The notes beneath the pieces were generated by a model, which searched no databases, had not been told where the DNA came from, and saw only the letters and a program-made list of their open reading frames with translations. The translations under genes and the position numbers were made by a program. 62,447 bases of DNA from a virus (Duplodnaviria; Caudoviricetes): IMG/VR virus record IMGVR_UViG_3300006919_000053, positions 1 through 62,447 of that record; one strand, given 5' to 3'. Below are positions 20,179-30,425 of this stretch, piece by piece (the stretch's first letter is position 1; every line of letters begins with the position of its first letter).

Positions 20179-22596
20179 TTATCTTGGCTCGAACTGCTCT
20201 AGTCCGAATCCTCCTAAAGTATCAAATCCAGCGGACTCAAAATCTTTTGGAATTTTATTGTTTTTTCTTTGGTCTATAAGTTCAGACTGCTGTGATGCTT
20301 GAATTTTAGTTCGTTTATCTTTACGGTCTTCTTTATACCTATCTCTTTCATTAATTACTTGCATTTCAGCTTGTTTAAGCTGCATGTTTAGCTCAAACTC
20401 TCTTTGCATAAGGTCCATTTTGATTTGAGCCTCTCTCTCAAGTTTCTGCATTTCAAGCTGTGCTTTTACTTGCTCTATCTGAGCTTCTGTCTGCGCTAAA
20501 GCTTGTTGTTTTTGCATGTCTGCTTCAGCTGACGCTTGAGCCGACTGAGCATTTGCTTGGCTTTGAGCTTGAATGTTTTGCATTTGCGCCTGTCTATCTT
20601 CTTGAGCTTTGTTCTTCCTTCTAAGCTTCAAGAGTTGATTTGCAAGTTTCAAGTTTTTTACTTCTCGTACATCAATAGCGTCTTCCAAATGTATTTGGTC
20701 TCTTTGTAAAGCTACTTGTATGTTTGCTTCAAGGCGTTGTTTTTCCTCTTCATCTGGAGCTAATTCTAAGAATATTCCAAAATCGTGTAAATGAAGATTT
20801 TGTATCTCTTTTAATGTTCCTACATTAAGTTTACCTATCCCAGATAAGAACGAAGCTGTAGTGTTTCCAAACTCTAAAACATCTGATATTCTTAATGATA
20901 TTGACTCTGCTGCTTTTAAAGCCAAATACAACACGGACTGCACAATGTGTCTTGTAGCTGTATTTGAGTTAGCCGCTGCCATTTTCTGTATACCAACAAG
21001 AGCGTCTTTGTCTGGCATTGACCCATCTCTAGCTTCATTTAGACCAGTTACATCCCTTATCATATTCAAATAATAGTTGTATGAATTAATAAGAGATGAT
21101 ATTTTACCTCCAGCATTCGACGTCTGAAGTTCTTGAATTGGTACTCTAGAGTGGTTAAACTCTCCGTCCTGGGTCATTGACCTACCAATAACAGAACCTG
21201 TCTGGAAGTACATATTAAGTGCCTCTTGTGGGCTATAGTATGTTCCGTTTCCAAGGTCTATTTCCGCAATACCGTCAGCGTCCAAATAAACCCCATCTGG
21301 AACCATTCTAGATAATACTTGTTGTATTTTAAGGTGTGTAAGCTGAATCATATCAGCAAACGTAGTCATCCTTGAAACAAGAGACTCTATCTGGCCTTTA
21401 TACATTCTTGGCGCTACAATATTGTAAGACATCTGAACTTTTGTGGTATCAGACTTAGGTCTTGTCATATTCTCTGCCATTTTCCATTCCAATAACGTAT
21501 CAAGACCAATTACTTTAGCACCTGTATATAGTACCTCGATTGACCTTTGAACCTTTTCAAATCTGGCTCTTTTGTCTTTTGGAGGATTGAATGTGTCGTC
21601 TTTCTTTATAATTTTATCAGCTCCAGTAGATGTCTCCTTAACTTTGTATACTTGGTTTTTGAATGTCTTGTATTCAAAATAAAGAACGTATATATGGTTT
21701 GTGTCTTCTGCATCAGAGTAAGAGTAAGACCTATGGTAATTTACAGCGTTTGAGCCTGTACCTTCAATCTTTTCTATATCTTCTGGAGTTAGATTTGGAT
21801 ATTGTTTTTTAAGTTCTGTAACACTAACTCTTCTTATTTCTCCTACATAATATAGGTCATCAAAGTACGGTGACTCTGTGTAGGAATAAACTAAATCAGC
21901 TGGGTCAACATATTCCAGTTTAATTCCTTCCGATGTATTGAATGAGTTTTTGTGAGCTCCAATACCAAGAGTTACTATATCATAAGCTACCCTGTTTTGT
22001 AGTAAATCATATTTATTGTGGTCTAAAACATTAGAGATAGCTTCTTCTGAAGCAACTTCAATAGATTGTTTGTAATCTAATTGCATGTGAAGTTGTAATT
22101 CTTCTGTTGTCTCTGGAAGTTCTTCTTGATTTGTTTTAAACATATTAACTCCGAACTCTTGCTGAACAGCTTGTAATAACTGTTTATTCTGCATGTCCGA
22201 AACTAATTTCCCTAAATACTCTGTTTTTTCCTTTATAGATGCTGGGTCTTGAGAGTAAGCCTTTATTTCGTAAGGTCTGTCATTAATACCGTTAACAACA
22301 ATGTCAACAAACTTAGGGATAATAGCAACTGGCTTCCAGTCTAAATTTAAATAAGACAAATCACCATTAATTGACAACTCATCTTTATACTTTTGTATAG
22401 ACTGCTCACCACGAGCATATAATCTTAATCTATGAAAATTATCTCTGTTAGCGTAATACCTGGTTGCTCCACTATCTCTTCTAAACCATTCGCCCTCAAT
22501 AGCTCTAGCTACTTCCATTCCATACTGGCTGGATGCTTTCTCTGCGTCACTTACTGCTTGTGAAGGGAATATACCTTTTGGTGGTGTCTTTTGCAT
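20179..22596 (-). CDS. Portal protein
   Basis: 805 aa right after terminase; IIPKFVDIVVNG, IRDVTGLNEARDG, Q-rich C-terminal coiled-coil barrel. Confidence 0.85.
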   Translation of the reverse strand: MQKTPPKGIFPSQAVSDAEKASSQYGMEVARAIEGEWFRRDSGATRYYANRDNFHRLRLYARGEQSIQKYKDELSINGDLSYLNLDWKPVAIIPKFVDIVVNGINDRPYEIKAYSQDPASIKEKTEYLGKLVSDMQNKQLLQAVQQEFGVNMFKTNQEELPETTEELQLHMQLDYKQSIEVASEEAISNVLDHNKYDLLQNRVAYDIVTLGIGAHKNSFNTSEGIKLEYVDPADLVYSYTESPYFDDLYYVGEIRRVSVTELKKQYPNLTPEDIEKIEGTGSNAVNYHRSYSYSDAEDTNHIYVLYFEYKTFKNQVYKVKETSTGADKIIKKDDTFNPPKDKRARFEKVQRSIEVLYTGAKVIGLDTLLEWKMAENMTRPKSDTTKVQMSYNIVAPRMYKGQIESLVSRMTTFADMIQLTHLKIQQVLSRMVPDGVYLDADGIAEIDLGNGTYYSPQEALNMYFQTGSVIGRSMTQDGEFNHSRVPIQELQTSNAGGKISSLINSYNYYLNMIRDVTGLNEARDGSMPDKDALVGIQKMAAANSNTATRHIVQSVLYLALKAAESISLRISDVLEFGNTTASFLSGIGKLNVGTLKEIQNLHLHDFGIFLELAPDEEEKQRLEANIQVALQRDQIHLEDAIDVREVKNLKLANQLLKLRRKNKAQEDRQAQMQNIQAQSQANAQSAQASAEADMQKQQALAQTEAQIEQVKAQLEMQKLEREAQIKMDLMQREFELNMQLKQAEMQVINERDRYKEDRKDKRTKIQASQQSELIDQRKNNKIPKDFESAGFDTLGGFGLEQFEPR

Positions 22597-24807
22597 TTAT
22601 TCTATTATTTTTGAAAAGGCTCCTGAGTTATTATATTTCTTGAAACCAAAATCTAATCGTTTTGTTGTTTTCTCCTGTACTGGTTTATATAAGTTTCTGT
22701 TACAGGCCATAATCGCTAATCCAGAGCTAATTGCTGCATCATACTTTGTTCTATTGTTTATATCAAATCCAGCCCAATCCTGTAGTGTTCTGTTAAAGTA
22801 AACCGTACCATAATTACCATCTCCAAGATGACCTACGTGGTTTTCAATATAACTTTCAATAGCTGCTGCGTGAGCTTGCTTTATATCTTCTCCAGAGTTA
22901 GGAATACCACCTATCTCTTTTTCCGATGCTGATAATCGTGTATAGGTTTTGTCTGGTCTATTCATCGAAAACCCACGATACCCTCTTCGTTTAATATAAT
23001 ATAATAATCTTGGCTTGTTGTTCTCCGCTAATATTGGCATTCCATAAAAAATAAGTGCCATAAGCACGTCTTCAAAAAATATCTCTGCCGTTTGCGGTCT
23101 TGCAATATATTCTAGAAAAAAAGTATTTGATGGAGCTTCATCCATAGAAAACTTAGTTAGTCCGTGCAATGCACCTTTTGAACCTCTCTTATCTACTGTA
23201 CCAGATATATCGTAACTATCGCAACCAAATGCACCTAGATGTTCATTACCTGGCATTTTAACTCCATTTCTTTCTATTACACGATTTTGTAGATTTATAC
23301 TTGGTATCCATGACACCTTAAACCTACCATTACTGTCAGGCACAAATATAACTCTTGTATCCCTTATTCCGTTCTCCCATTGAAAGTTGCCCTTGTTTAT
23401 CACATTGGAGTAACCTATACCCTCGTTGTAGTCTATTTGTTCGTATATCTTAACTAAGTTAAATATACTGTTTTTAGTTTCATCTCTAAAAGCGTGCTGC
23501 TCTGTTCTTGGGAACTGACGGTAAAATTCATTTAATCCGTCTTGGTCATCTTTCAGACCCTCTGCTTCATTTTCCCAATGCTCTATTACTCCAGTATCAA
23601 TAACCTCTCCCAGCGGTCCTTCAACTTCTTGTTCTGGTGTATCGAAGAGAGGTAGTCCAAAAGAGTCAATGTATCCCTCGTAGTTCCATTCCATAGGTAT
23701 GAACAAACTATATAATCCACTGCGAGTTTGTCCATTGCGGTTTCGTTTTGTAACGTCTGAATCTTCATAAAGCTTTTTAAAGTTATTACCACCTTTGTCA
23801 AGTGCGTTGGATGTTGAACCCATCATACACTTTCCTGTTATTCTACTACCTAGTCTTAGAGTTGTTTTTGTTACCCTCCAGTTATTTAATATATTGTCTG
23901 GCTTTAACCATTTACCAGCTTCATCATGAACTAGTAACGCAAGTTTTTCACCGTCATACGAGTTGTCCCCTGTGTTCTTCCAGTCGATTGTTGTATCAAG
24001 ACCTTCGAGAACTTCTCTCTCCTTGTTTTGTATTGATTTTCTTGTAAGCTTCGAGGCTGGAACCCTATATGCGAGTTCTGTTTTTGGTCTGTCCATACCG
24101 TCTTGTATCGGTTTGAAGAAGAACGGGTAGTTAACCGATATTGGTACAACCTTATCTGTGAACATCTTTTTAGCATCAGACCCAGATTTGGACAATATCC
24201 CAAATCGTGAATCAGATGAAATCGTGGCAAGGTTGACAGTTTCAGCCGAGGACATAAACGAGAATCCAGATCGACGATTTTTAAGGTAACACATTCCATA
24301 AGACCTTGAGTCGGCTTTGCAAGCCTCCCAGAAAATGAAAAATAATCTATTTGCTTCACGGAAGTCTGGTTTGCCAACATCAATCTTGGTCCACTGCAAG
24401 TACATGTAATGACTGCCAGTAATGTAAGTATAAGTACCATTATTGGAAAACCAATGGCCTTTTTCGCGTCTTTCAAATTCTTCATTAATGTAATCCTCCC
24501 ATTTTTCTTTGAACTCTTCTGGATATTCCTTCCAATCAAAGATACTTTTTATTTGCTTCAGCTCTCTTGGATACTCTTCAGCAACCCACTTGTTTGCGCC
24601 TTTAGGAACTTTTACTGGAGATTTAGGTAGAGCTATTCTTAGATTTTGTATTTCGTATATCTCCCCTATTTGTCCTGTCTTGCTTATAACTACAATGTCA
24701 TGTTCTTTATCGTAGCCATACTTCCAAGCTTTCTTTTTATTGAGCCTAGTTAATGTATTTATTCTTATAGGCTCAACAACTTTATATAATGTTTGTTGGT
24801 AAGCCAT
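22597..24807 (-). CDS. terL: Terminase large subunit
   Basis: Walker A-like KNRRSGFS, Walker B LLVHDEAGKW, nuclease FGCDSYD, LAENNK. Confidence 0.9.
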   Translation of the reverse strand: MAYQQTLYKVVEPIRINTLTRLNKKKAWKYGYDKEHDIVVISKTGQIGEIYEIQNLRIALPKSPVKVPKGANKWVAEEYPRELKQIKSIFDWKEYPEEFKEKWEDYINEEFERREKGHWFSNNGTYTYITGSHYMYLQWTKIDVGKPDFREANRLFFIFWEACKADSRSYGMCYLKNRRSGFSFMSSAETVNLATISSDSRFGILSKSGSDAKKMFTDKVVPISVNYPFFFKPIQDGMDRPKTELAYRVPASKLTRKSIQNKEREVLEGLDTTIDWKNTGDNSYDGEKLALLVHDEAGKWLKPDNILNNWRVTKTTLRLGSRITGKCMMGSTSNALDKGGNNFKKLYEDSDVTKRNRNGQTRSGLYSLFIPMEWNYEGYIDSFGLPLFDTPEQEVEGPLGEVIDTGVIEHWENEAEGLKDDQDGLNEFYRQFPRTEQHAFRDETKNSIFNLVKIYEQIDYNEGIGYSNVINKGNFQWENGIRDTRVIFVPDSNGRFKVSWIPSINLQNRVIERNGVKMPGNEHLGAFGCDSYDISGTVDKRGSKGALHGLTKFSMDEAPSNTFFLEYIARPQTAEIFFEDVLMALIFYGMPILAENNKPRLLYYIKRRGYRGFSMNRPDKTYTRLSASEKEIGGIPNSGEDIKQAHAAAIESYIENHVGHLGDGNYGTVYFNRTLQDWAGFDINNRTKYDAAISSGLAIMACNRNLYKPVQEKTTKRLDFGFKKYNNSGAFSKIIE

Positions 24808-25085
24808 TATTTAGACCTCCTTTCCGCAAACCCTTTAAATACTTTTTTGTCTTCCGTATCCTTAGGCTTGTTTTCAAGGATGTTTTTTTCTTCCTCTATT
24901 CTATTGAGTATTTCAAAAGCATCAAAAATTGCAAGCTTCTTTGTTGCCGCTGCATTCTTTAATCTATCAGCAGATACATCATCCTCTGTATTGGTTATAA
25001 TTTTTTCTTCAGCTACTTTGATTAGTTCTTCTACCGCCTTATAACCAGCTTGGACTATACTCTTTTTTGTCTCCTTTATGTTCAT
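24807..25085 (-). CDS. Probable terminase small subunit
   Basis: 92-aa helical protein translationally coupled upstream of terL. Confidence 0.55.
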   Translation of the reverse strand: MNIKETKKSIVQAGYKAVEELIKVAEEKIITNTEDDVSADRLKNAAATKKLAIFDAFEILNRIEEEKNILENKPKDTEDKKVFKGFAERRSK

Positions 25086-25638
25086 ATTTTATACACATCG
25101 AACTCGCTTTCACCCTATACAGTATCTCATTGTCTATCTCAAACTCAAACTCACTGTAGGGCGTGAACCCGACTAAATCATTTAATTTTATACCATTTTT
25201 TTGAAGAGAATTGTCGATATATTTTACAACACCTATGTTTCTCTCTTTTTTAGCCAAGCTCAAGTTATCTGAATTTTGTATTGGTTTTACAAAACAATAA
25301 CCCTCTAATGGCTTCCAAGAGTCTTTTCTCCTGTACATATATATTTGGTCTTCTTCTGCAAAAAACTGATTTTCATCAAAATAAGACCTGCTATTTTTTT
25401 CCTTACCACTTATGTCGTAAAACCTTCTAAATACATTGTGATGTAAAAGAACATCATCTCCTTTTTTTATTCCAGTAGTACCATTTATGGGTGTTTCAAC
25501 AACCTCACCTATTCTATTTACAAAATTATGATTTGACATTTCTGTATTTAAAATAAGGTTTACGTCTTGTATTTTTTTAGTGTTTTGGTATCTTAGGTCG
25601 TATTTTGGTTTTACAATAAAGCTGTATAAACTTCTCAT
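25039..25638 (-). CDS. Tandem GroES-like (co-chaperonin fold) protein
   Basis: Two repeats of a (F)xVKP...GxV.....GIKxxDxVxF/H pattern resembling GroES. Confidence 0.5.
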   Translation of the reverse strand: MRSLYSFIVKPKYDLRYQNTKKIQDVNLILNTEMSNHNFVNRIGEVVETPINGTTGIKKGDDVLLHHNVFRRFYDISGKEKNSRSYFDENQFFAEEDQIYMYRRKDSWKPLEGYCFVKPIQNSDNLSLAKKERNIGVVKYIDNSLQKNGIKLNDLVGFTPYSEFEFEIDNEILYRVKASSMCIKYEHKGDKKEYSPSWL

Positions 25639-25856
25639 TAATATTCTAAATTAAATTCAACACTTATTGCCATGTTTTTATTAAAGTCCTTCCATGGTAG
25701 AACCTCGTTGTTTTTTGATATGTAGATTCTGTATTTGTCATCTTCTTCTAAGATGTCGCAAATCTTATGACCTCCATATACTTCTTGTCCAACCGCATAA
25801 TGCATAGCAGAGTCTTTGTAGTCTCTACCAATACTTATTTTTCTAATTAAATTCAT
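25638..25856 (-). CDS. Hypothetical phage protein
   Basis: 72-aa ORF, coupled to its neighbours. Confidence 0.7.
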   Translation of the reverse strand: MNLIRKISIGRDYKDSAMHYAVGQEVYGGHKICDILEEDDKYRIYISKNNEVLPWKDFNKNMAISVEFNLEY

Positions 25857-25857
25857 A

Positions 25858-26307
25858 TTATTTTCCTTTTATCTGAGCGTATTTTTCAACTCCTCTTGAT
25901 CCAAAATACGCAACATAAACTGTAACAAGCAGAGTTTCAATGAGTTTTACCCATTGGTCATCTACAGAAAAAACGCCTATAGAGTCAAGCACAATGTACA
26001 CACTCATTATAAACGTTAAATACAATACAATTACAGGTCTTGCAATCTTAGTTATTTTGTTGTCAGATTTAGCATCAGCCTCCCATCTCCTAGTCACTGC
26101 CTCTGCCTCTTCTTCATCCATCTTAATAAGGTGCATCGCCATTGCTTTTTGTTGCTCTGACATTTCCTTATCATCTGTAACTAAGTTTTTTACAAGCCCT
26201 AAAAGACCTTTATCTGGGATTGAATCTCCAAGAGCGTCTATAATAACAGAACCACTCTTAGAGAGAAAGCCACCGACTTTTGTGTCTTTAAACTTCTTTT
26301 TTGGCAT
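25858..26307 (-). CDS. Putative holin (3TM/GTA-holin-like)
   Basis: RWEAD..SD..RP followed by two TM helices and AYFGSRGVEK. Confidence 0.65.
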   Translation of the reverse strand: MPKKKFKDTKVGGFLSKSGSVIIDALGDSIPDKGLLGLVKNLVTDDKEMSEQQKAMAMHLIKMDEEEAEAVTRRWEADAKSDNKITKIARPVIVLYLTFIMSVYIVLDSIGVFSVDDQWVKLIETLLVTVYVAYFGSRGVEKYAQIKGK

Positions 26308-26417
26308 TATTTTTTTCTTGTTCTTTTCATGGCCTTGAAGTCGGCTCCTGTGATTTTATTTTTTGGAGTTGCCATTCTAGCAATAGACCTTTGCTTTGGT
26401 GTAAGTTTCTTTTTCAT
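26307..26417 (-). CDS. Small basic peptide, 36 aa (MKKKLTPKQRSIARMATPKNKITGADFKAMKRTRKK)
   Basis: Translated by hand; TAATG coupling on both sides. Confidence 0.7.
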   Translation of the reverse strand: MKKKLTPKQRSIARMATPKNKITGADFKAMKRTRKK

Positions 26418-26716
26418 TAGTATTTGCCTTGTCTTGATTTAGGGCTAGATTTAGTTGAACCACCTTTTCCAGCCCAAAGGTTTTTACAGGCCCAATATCT
26501 AGCTGTTAATTTACTCTTAGCTGTGCTACATTTATGTCTAGCTCTGAAGCTTTTTCTTGCTGCTGCTGAATAATTGTGTCCGTATCCTGTAGCCCCGAAG
26601 TGAATAATTTTTTCTCTTCCTCCCTCACAACCTTTAACCACTTTTTTCTTCCCAGCCTTTGGGCTTTTTCGTGGCTTGTTGCAAGGCATTTTTGATTTGT
26701 CTAGTCGTTTGGCCAT
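26417..26716 (-). CDS. Small basic protein (IHFG..GY...RKSFRARHKC...ARYWAC type)
   Basis: 99 aa, K/R-rich, with a motif pattern common in viral small proteins. Confidence 0.75.
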   Translation of the reverse strand: MAKRLDKSKMPCNKPRKSPKAGKKKVVKGCEGGREKIIHFGATGYGHNYSAAARKSFRARHKCSTAKSKLTARYWACKNLWAGKGGSTKSSPKSRQGKY

Positions 26717-26829
26717 TATTTTTTCTTTTTAGCCTTTTCAGCTGCTGTCATTTTTTTCTTTGCTTTAGCTTTTGCTGCTTTTGATGGTCTTCCTCTTTGT
26801 GAGCCATAAGTTCCTTTTCCGCTTGGCAT
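26716..26829 (-). CDS. Small basic peptide, 37 aa (MPSGKGTYGSQRGRPSKAAKAKAKKKMTAAEKAKKKK)
   Basis: Translated by hand; contains an AT-hook-like RGRP; TAATG coupling. Confidence 0.7.
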   Translation of the reverse strand: MPSGKGTYGSQRGRPSKAAKAKAKKKMTAAEKAKKKK

Positions 26830-26851
26830 AATTTTAAAATTTAAGGGTTAG

Positions 26852-27292
26852 TTATCTATCTTTATCTTTTATCATATCATCAGTAGCTTTGTTAAAAACT
26901 TTATCTGTGTATGATTTGTTTTTGTAAAACACACTCACCTTTGATGTTGGTAAGTCTTCGTATCCTAAAAGTATCTTATACATCCTTGTTATAAGAGACC
27001 TTGTCTTAAATGAAACTTTGAATATACTGTATCCTCCTGTTTGTTTAGACTTGTTTCTCCAAGCATCAATCCATCCTTCTTTACGAAGTCTATTCCATCT
27101 GTGTTTGTCCCAAGAATATATATACTCTCCGTTTTTAAAATCTTTTAAAGTAAACCTATCTAGACAATCTAAGTATATAAGAAGTTCAAGGTCGCCATCT
27201 GTGAGCCCGTTGGTTTTACAGGCCCACTTGCGAACCAGTCTGTAGTATTTAAAAAGTTTTATTTCTCTTAAATCACTAGCATCTATCCTCAT
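26852..27292 (-). CDS. Winged-helix-like DNA-binding protein
   Basis: GLTDGDLELLIYL...RLRKEGWI pattern resembling MarR-type wHTH. Confidence 0.5.
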   Translation of the reverse strand: MRIDASDLREIKLFKYYRLVRKWACKTNGLTDGDLELLIYLDCLDRFTLKDFKNGEYIYSWDKHRWNRLRKEGWIDAWRNKSKQTGGYSIFKVSFKTRSLITRMYKILLGYEDLPTSKVSVFYKNKSYTDKVFNKATDDMIKDKDR

Positions 27293-27546
27293 CCTATCAA
27301 AACTATGTCCCTTTGTCTGATAACACGATATTGGTTATTATCAAACAAAATAGAATGCCCAGCGTGACGGTCATAGTAGATAGTATCAGATTCATTGATT
27401 CCTTGAGTTAGATTACCACAACTTATTATTACACCTTTTAGGTATCTTATATCTTCTGTGGTTGTATCTGTTACAATAAAACCGCCAACGTTTTTAGGCT
27501 CCTCTTTAACTTCCTGTATTACAACATAATCATTAATTGCTTGCAT
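27289..27546 (-). CDS. groES: Co-chaperonin GroES
   Basis: MQAINDYVVI..GGFIV...GVIISCG..I..SDTIYY...YRVIRQRDI; adjacent to GroEL. Confidence 0.85.
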   Translation of the reverse strand: MQAINDYVVIQEVKEEPKNVGGFIVTDTTTEDIRYLKGVIISCGNLTQGINESDTIYYDRHAGHSILFDNNQYRVIRQRDIVLIG

Positions 27547-29098
27547 TCTCTATTCTTTTATTAGAAATTACACAATCTGCTGATATTATTGTAAGGGCAA
27601 CACTAACTGCATTTTTCAAAGCTGTCTTTGTTACAAGAGCTGGGTCAATAATTCCAGACTCAATCATATCGACAACTTCCCCTGTTATTACATTTATCCC
27701 TTTTCCTTCTTTTTCTAAATCAACGTTGGGATACATTCCAGCGTTTTCAAGTATCATCTCAAAAGGTCTTCTGATTGCTTTTAGTAATATACCTTGAGTT
27801 TCATTCTCTGGCCTTAATTTACTTGAAGCGTTCAAAAGAGCTATTCCTCCCCCTGGAACTATACCTTCTTGAAGTGCCGCTTTAACAGCATATATCGCAT
27901 CTTCAACCCTGTCTTTTTTCTCTTTTAACTCAACTTGACTGTGAGCTCCTACTTTTATAACAGCAACAGAGCCGTTAAGCATTGAGAGTCTTTGTTCAAG
28001 TTTCTTTTTTAAAAACGGATTATCCTCGTTTTTAATTTTATCTTCTACGGATTTTATTCTTTCTTCAAGCTCTGGTATATCTTCAGAAACCTTTAAGACA
28101 GTATTTTTATCATCTGTAGTGGATTTTAATACCTCTCCGAGTATAGAAGCATCCATAAGTTCTAAATCATCTCCAAGAGATTCGTCTATTAGTTTTGCTC
28201 CTGTAAGCAAACAAAGGTCTTGTAAAGTGTCCATCTTAGTTGGACCAAAACCTGGCAAATCAACAACGTTTACCTTTATGTTTCCTTTCACTTTATTCAT
28301 TAGTAGCGCAGACATTGGTTGCTGTTCCACCTCTCCAACAATAAGCAAAGACCTTTTTTCTTTAATAACATACTCTAATATTCCTTGTATCTTTCGTATA
28401 CTCTCTATTGGAGTTTTACATACAAGAACAAGAGGATTATCAAGTTCTGCTTTGTCTTTTTCTTCGTTTGTAGCTAAGTGTTGTGCTTTTAGTCCAGAAT
28501 CAAAATGAACTCCTTTTTCAAACTCAAGGTGTGTTTTTTCAGAGTCAGACTCTTCCATTGTTACAACACCGTTTTTACCAACAAGGTTATAAGCCTCGGC
28601 TATTAAATCTCCAAGCTCTTTATCATTGTTTGTTGATATAGTAGCTACGTGTGATAGGTTATCTCCTTTTACATCTTTCTTTATTTTGTCGATGTACATA
28701 ATAACCTTTTGTTGCATTAGTACTACTGCATCTTTTAGTTCTCTTGGATTTACATCCGTAGCGGCTTTTAATTCTTTTAGAAGTGCGTTTGCAAGTACAG
28801 TTGCTGTTGTTGTTCCATCTCCAGCTTGTCTTACTGTGTTTCTTGCAGCTTCTTTTATTAATGTAGCACCCATGTTTTCTACAGGGTCGATAAGTATTAC
28901 GCTTTCAGCTACAGTTACTCCGTCCTTTGTTATAACGGGTTTGCCAAGTGCATCCTCATAGATTACGCATCGTCCAGAAGCACCGAGAGTGGAGCTGACC
29001 GCATTGGCCAGCTTCTCGACTCCCTTCATTATTTTACTACTTGCTTCCTTACCGAAAGTCAAGTCTTTTACAATCTCACTAGGGTTGTTGTATTCCAT
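27533..29098 (-). CDS. groEL: Chaperonin GroEL
   Basis: ITKDGVTVA, AGDGTTTATVLA, ELKEKKDRVEDA, GIVPGGG, GIIDPALVTKTAL. Confidence 0.97.
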   Translation of the reverse strand: MEYNNPSEIVKDLTFGKEASSKIMKGVEKLANAVSSTLGASGRCVIYEDALGKPVITKDGVTVAESVILIDPVENMGATLIKEAARNTVRQAGDGTTTATVLANALLKELKAATDVNPRELKDAVVLMQQKVIMYIDKIKKDVKGDNLSHVATISTNNDKELGDLIAEAYNLVGKNGVVTMEESDSEKTHLEFEKGVHFDSGLKAQHLATNEEKDKAELDNPLVLVCKTPIESIRKIQGILEYVIKEKRSLLIVGEVEQQPMSALLMNKVKGNIKVNVVDLPGFGPTKMDTLQDLCLLTGAKLIDESLGDDLELMDASILGEVLKSTTDDKNTVLKVSEDIPELEERIKSVEDKIKNEDNPFLKKKLEQRLSMLNGSVAVIKVGAHSQVELKEKKDRVEDAIYAVKAALQEGIVPGGGIALLNASSKLRPENETQGILLKAIRRPFEMILENAGMYPNVDLEKEGKGINVITGEVVDMIESGIIDPALVTKTALKNAVSVALTIISADCVISNKRIENASN

Positions 29099-29126
29099 TT
29101 AATTAAATTTAATTTTTTCTTAGTGG

Positions 29127-29411
29127 TTATTCAAAGGTTTTAACGACTACGGGTCCTTTTAGGAAATCTAATCGTTTTTGATAGTGTGCGATTGAGGCGT
29201 CTATTGCCCTTTCACATGATTTAACAGTTTCTCGACGCGTTACGTCTGTCCACTTGTTATCCCATTGGTATTCGGCTTGGAAATATCCGTTGGGTAGTTC
29301 AGTAATTCTCCAGTTCTTTTTCTGCACAATGTGCTCCCAAAGCTTCCTGGTCTCTTCGGGTATACTAGCATCTCCTTGAGAACTAGTAATGGTTGAGTAA
29401 AAATAGGTCAT
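29127..29411 (-). CDS. Hypothetical phage protein
   Basis: 94 aa; WRITELPNGYFQAEY...WTDVTRRET. Confidence 0.7.
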   Translation of the reverse strand: MTYFYSTITSSQGDASIPEETRKLWEHIVQKKNWRITELPNGYFQAEYQWDNKWTDVTRRETVKSCERAIDASIAHYQKRLDFLKGPVVVKTFE

Positions 29412-29427
29412 TTGGTTTATAGAGGTT

Positions 29428-29670
29428 TTATTCCTCTTCTTTGTTTTCTTTGTACTCTCCAGTCTCCATATCTACTGTGATGTTTCCATATTTTTCCCTA
29501 AGATCTTTTTGAGACAACTGAAGGTCTGATTGGATTGTAGATAATTCATGCAACGCTTCATGCTTTACAGATTCTAAAGAACCTATCCTCATCTGGAGTT
29601 CTCTTGCAGAGCTTACTAATGACTTTAGGTTTTCGTACTCTTTTTTTTGAAGTTTTTTGTTTTTTTCCAT
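29428..29670 (-). CDS. Small coiled-coil protein (possible tail-fibre chaperone)
   Basis: 80 aa heptad pattern ending KYGNITVDMETGEY. Confidence 0.6.
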   Translation of the reverse strand: MEKNKKLQKKEYENLKSLVSSARELQMRIGSLESVKHEALHELSTIQSDLQLSQKDLREKYGNITVDMETGEYKENKEEE

Positions 29671-29732
29671 TTTAAATGTTTGTTATGTAATTAAATAAAA
29701 TTTTCATTAATCTTTGCCATATTTTATATTTT

Positions 29733-30425
29733 TTATGCAGGTTTAAGTGCAATTCGAAAACTAACATTTGGGTCAGGCGTTGGCACAAAAAAACTACCAC
29801 CACTTTCAGTTCCCGCAGTAGTTTGAGTTTTATAAACTTTTACATTTGAACTACTTCCTCCTGTTGTGTTATATACTCCTTCTAAAAACGTATAGCCTGA
29901 TGGTATTGTCATACCTGAAAAATTATCATCATCTAAAGCAAAACCTGCTATTATAACACAACCATCAACTGTTGTCGTTACAGAGGGTAAAGGAATTGTT
30001 GTACTTGTTGATGATGTTTGGCTTGAAGTTGCAAAATCTTCAATAGGGTTATTAGTGTCACAGCCTCTCCAAACTGAATAAACCACATTTTCCATTTCAA
30101 AAAATTCATCTCCATCAGCAACTGTAGAAAAAGTTTCGCTTGTGCCTGTTGCAACATAATAACCTGCAATAGATGTAACTGATTGGTCTACTGACCAAAT
30201 ACTAGTTCCTTTGTCAAAAGATTCAGACCAAACATCATTACCTGTATCTGAAGCCATGTGAATAATTATAACATCATTCGCTTGAATGCCTGTAATTGTA
30301 AAACTGTCTTGCGTTGTACCGTCTCCATCTCCATTGTAAGACCCAGATGTAACCAAAGTTATTTCCGAAGCAACTGCACTACCCGATTGAAATTTTCGTA
30401 AATGGTTCCAATGAACAAGTATCAT
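29733..30425 (-). CDS. Putative tail-associated beta-sandwich/adhesin protein
   Basis: T/S/G-rich; GIQANDVIII, LPSVTTTVDGCVII; coupled to the upstream fibre gene. Confidence 0.55.
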   Translation of the reverse strand: MILVHWNHLRKFQSGSAVASEITLVTSGSYNGDGDGTTQDSFTITGIQANDVIIIHMASDTGNDVWSESFDKGTSIWSVDQSVTSIAGYYVATGTSETFSTVADGDEFFEMENVVYSVWRGCDTNNPIEDFATSSQTSSTSTTIPLPSVTTTVDGCVIIAGFALDDDNFSGMTIPSGYTFLEGVYNTTGGSSSNVKVYKTQTTAGTESGGSFFVPTPDPNVSFRIALKPA

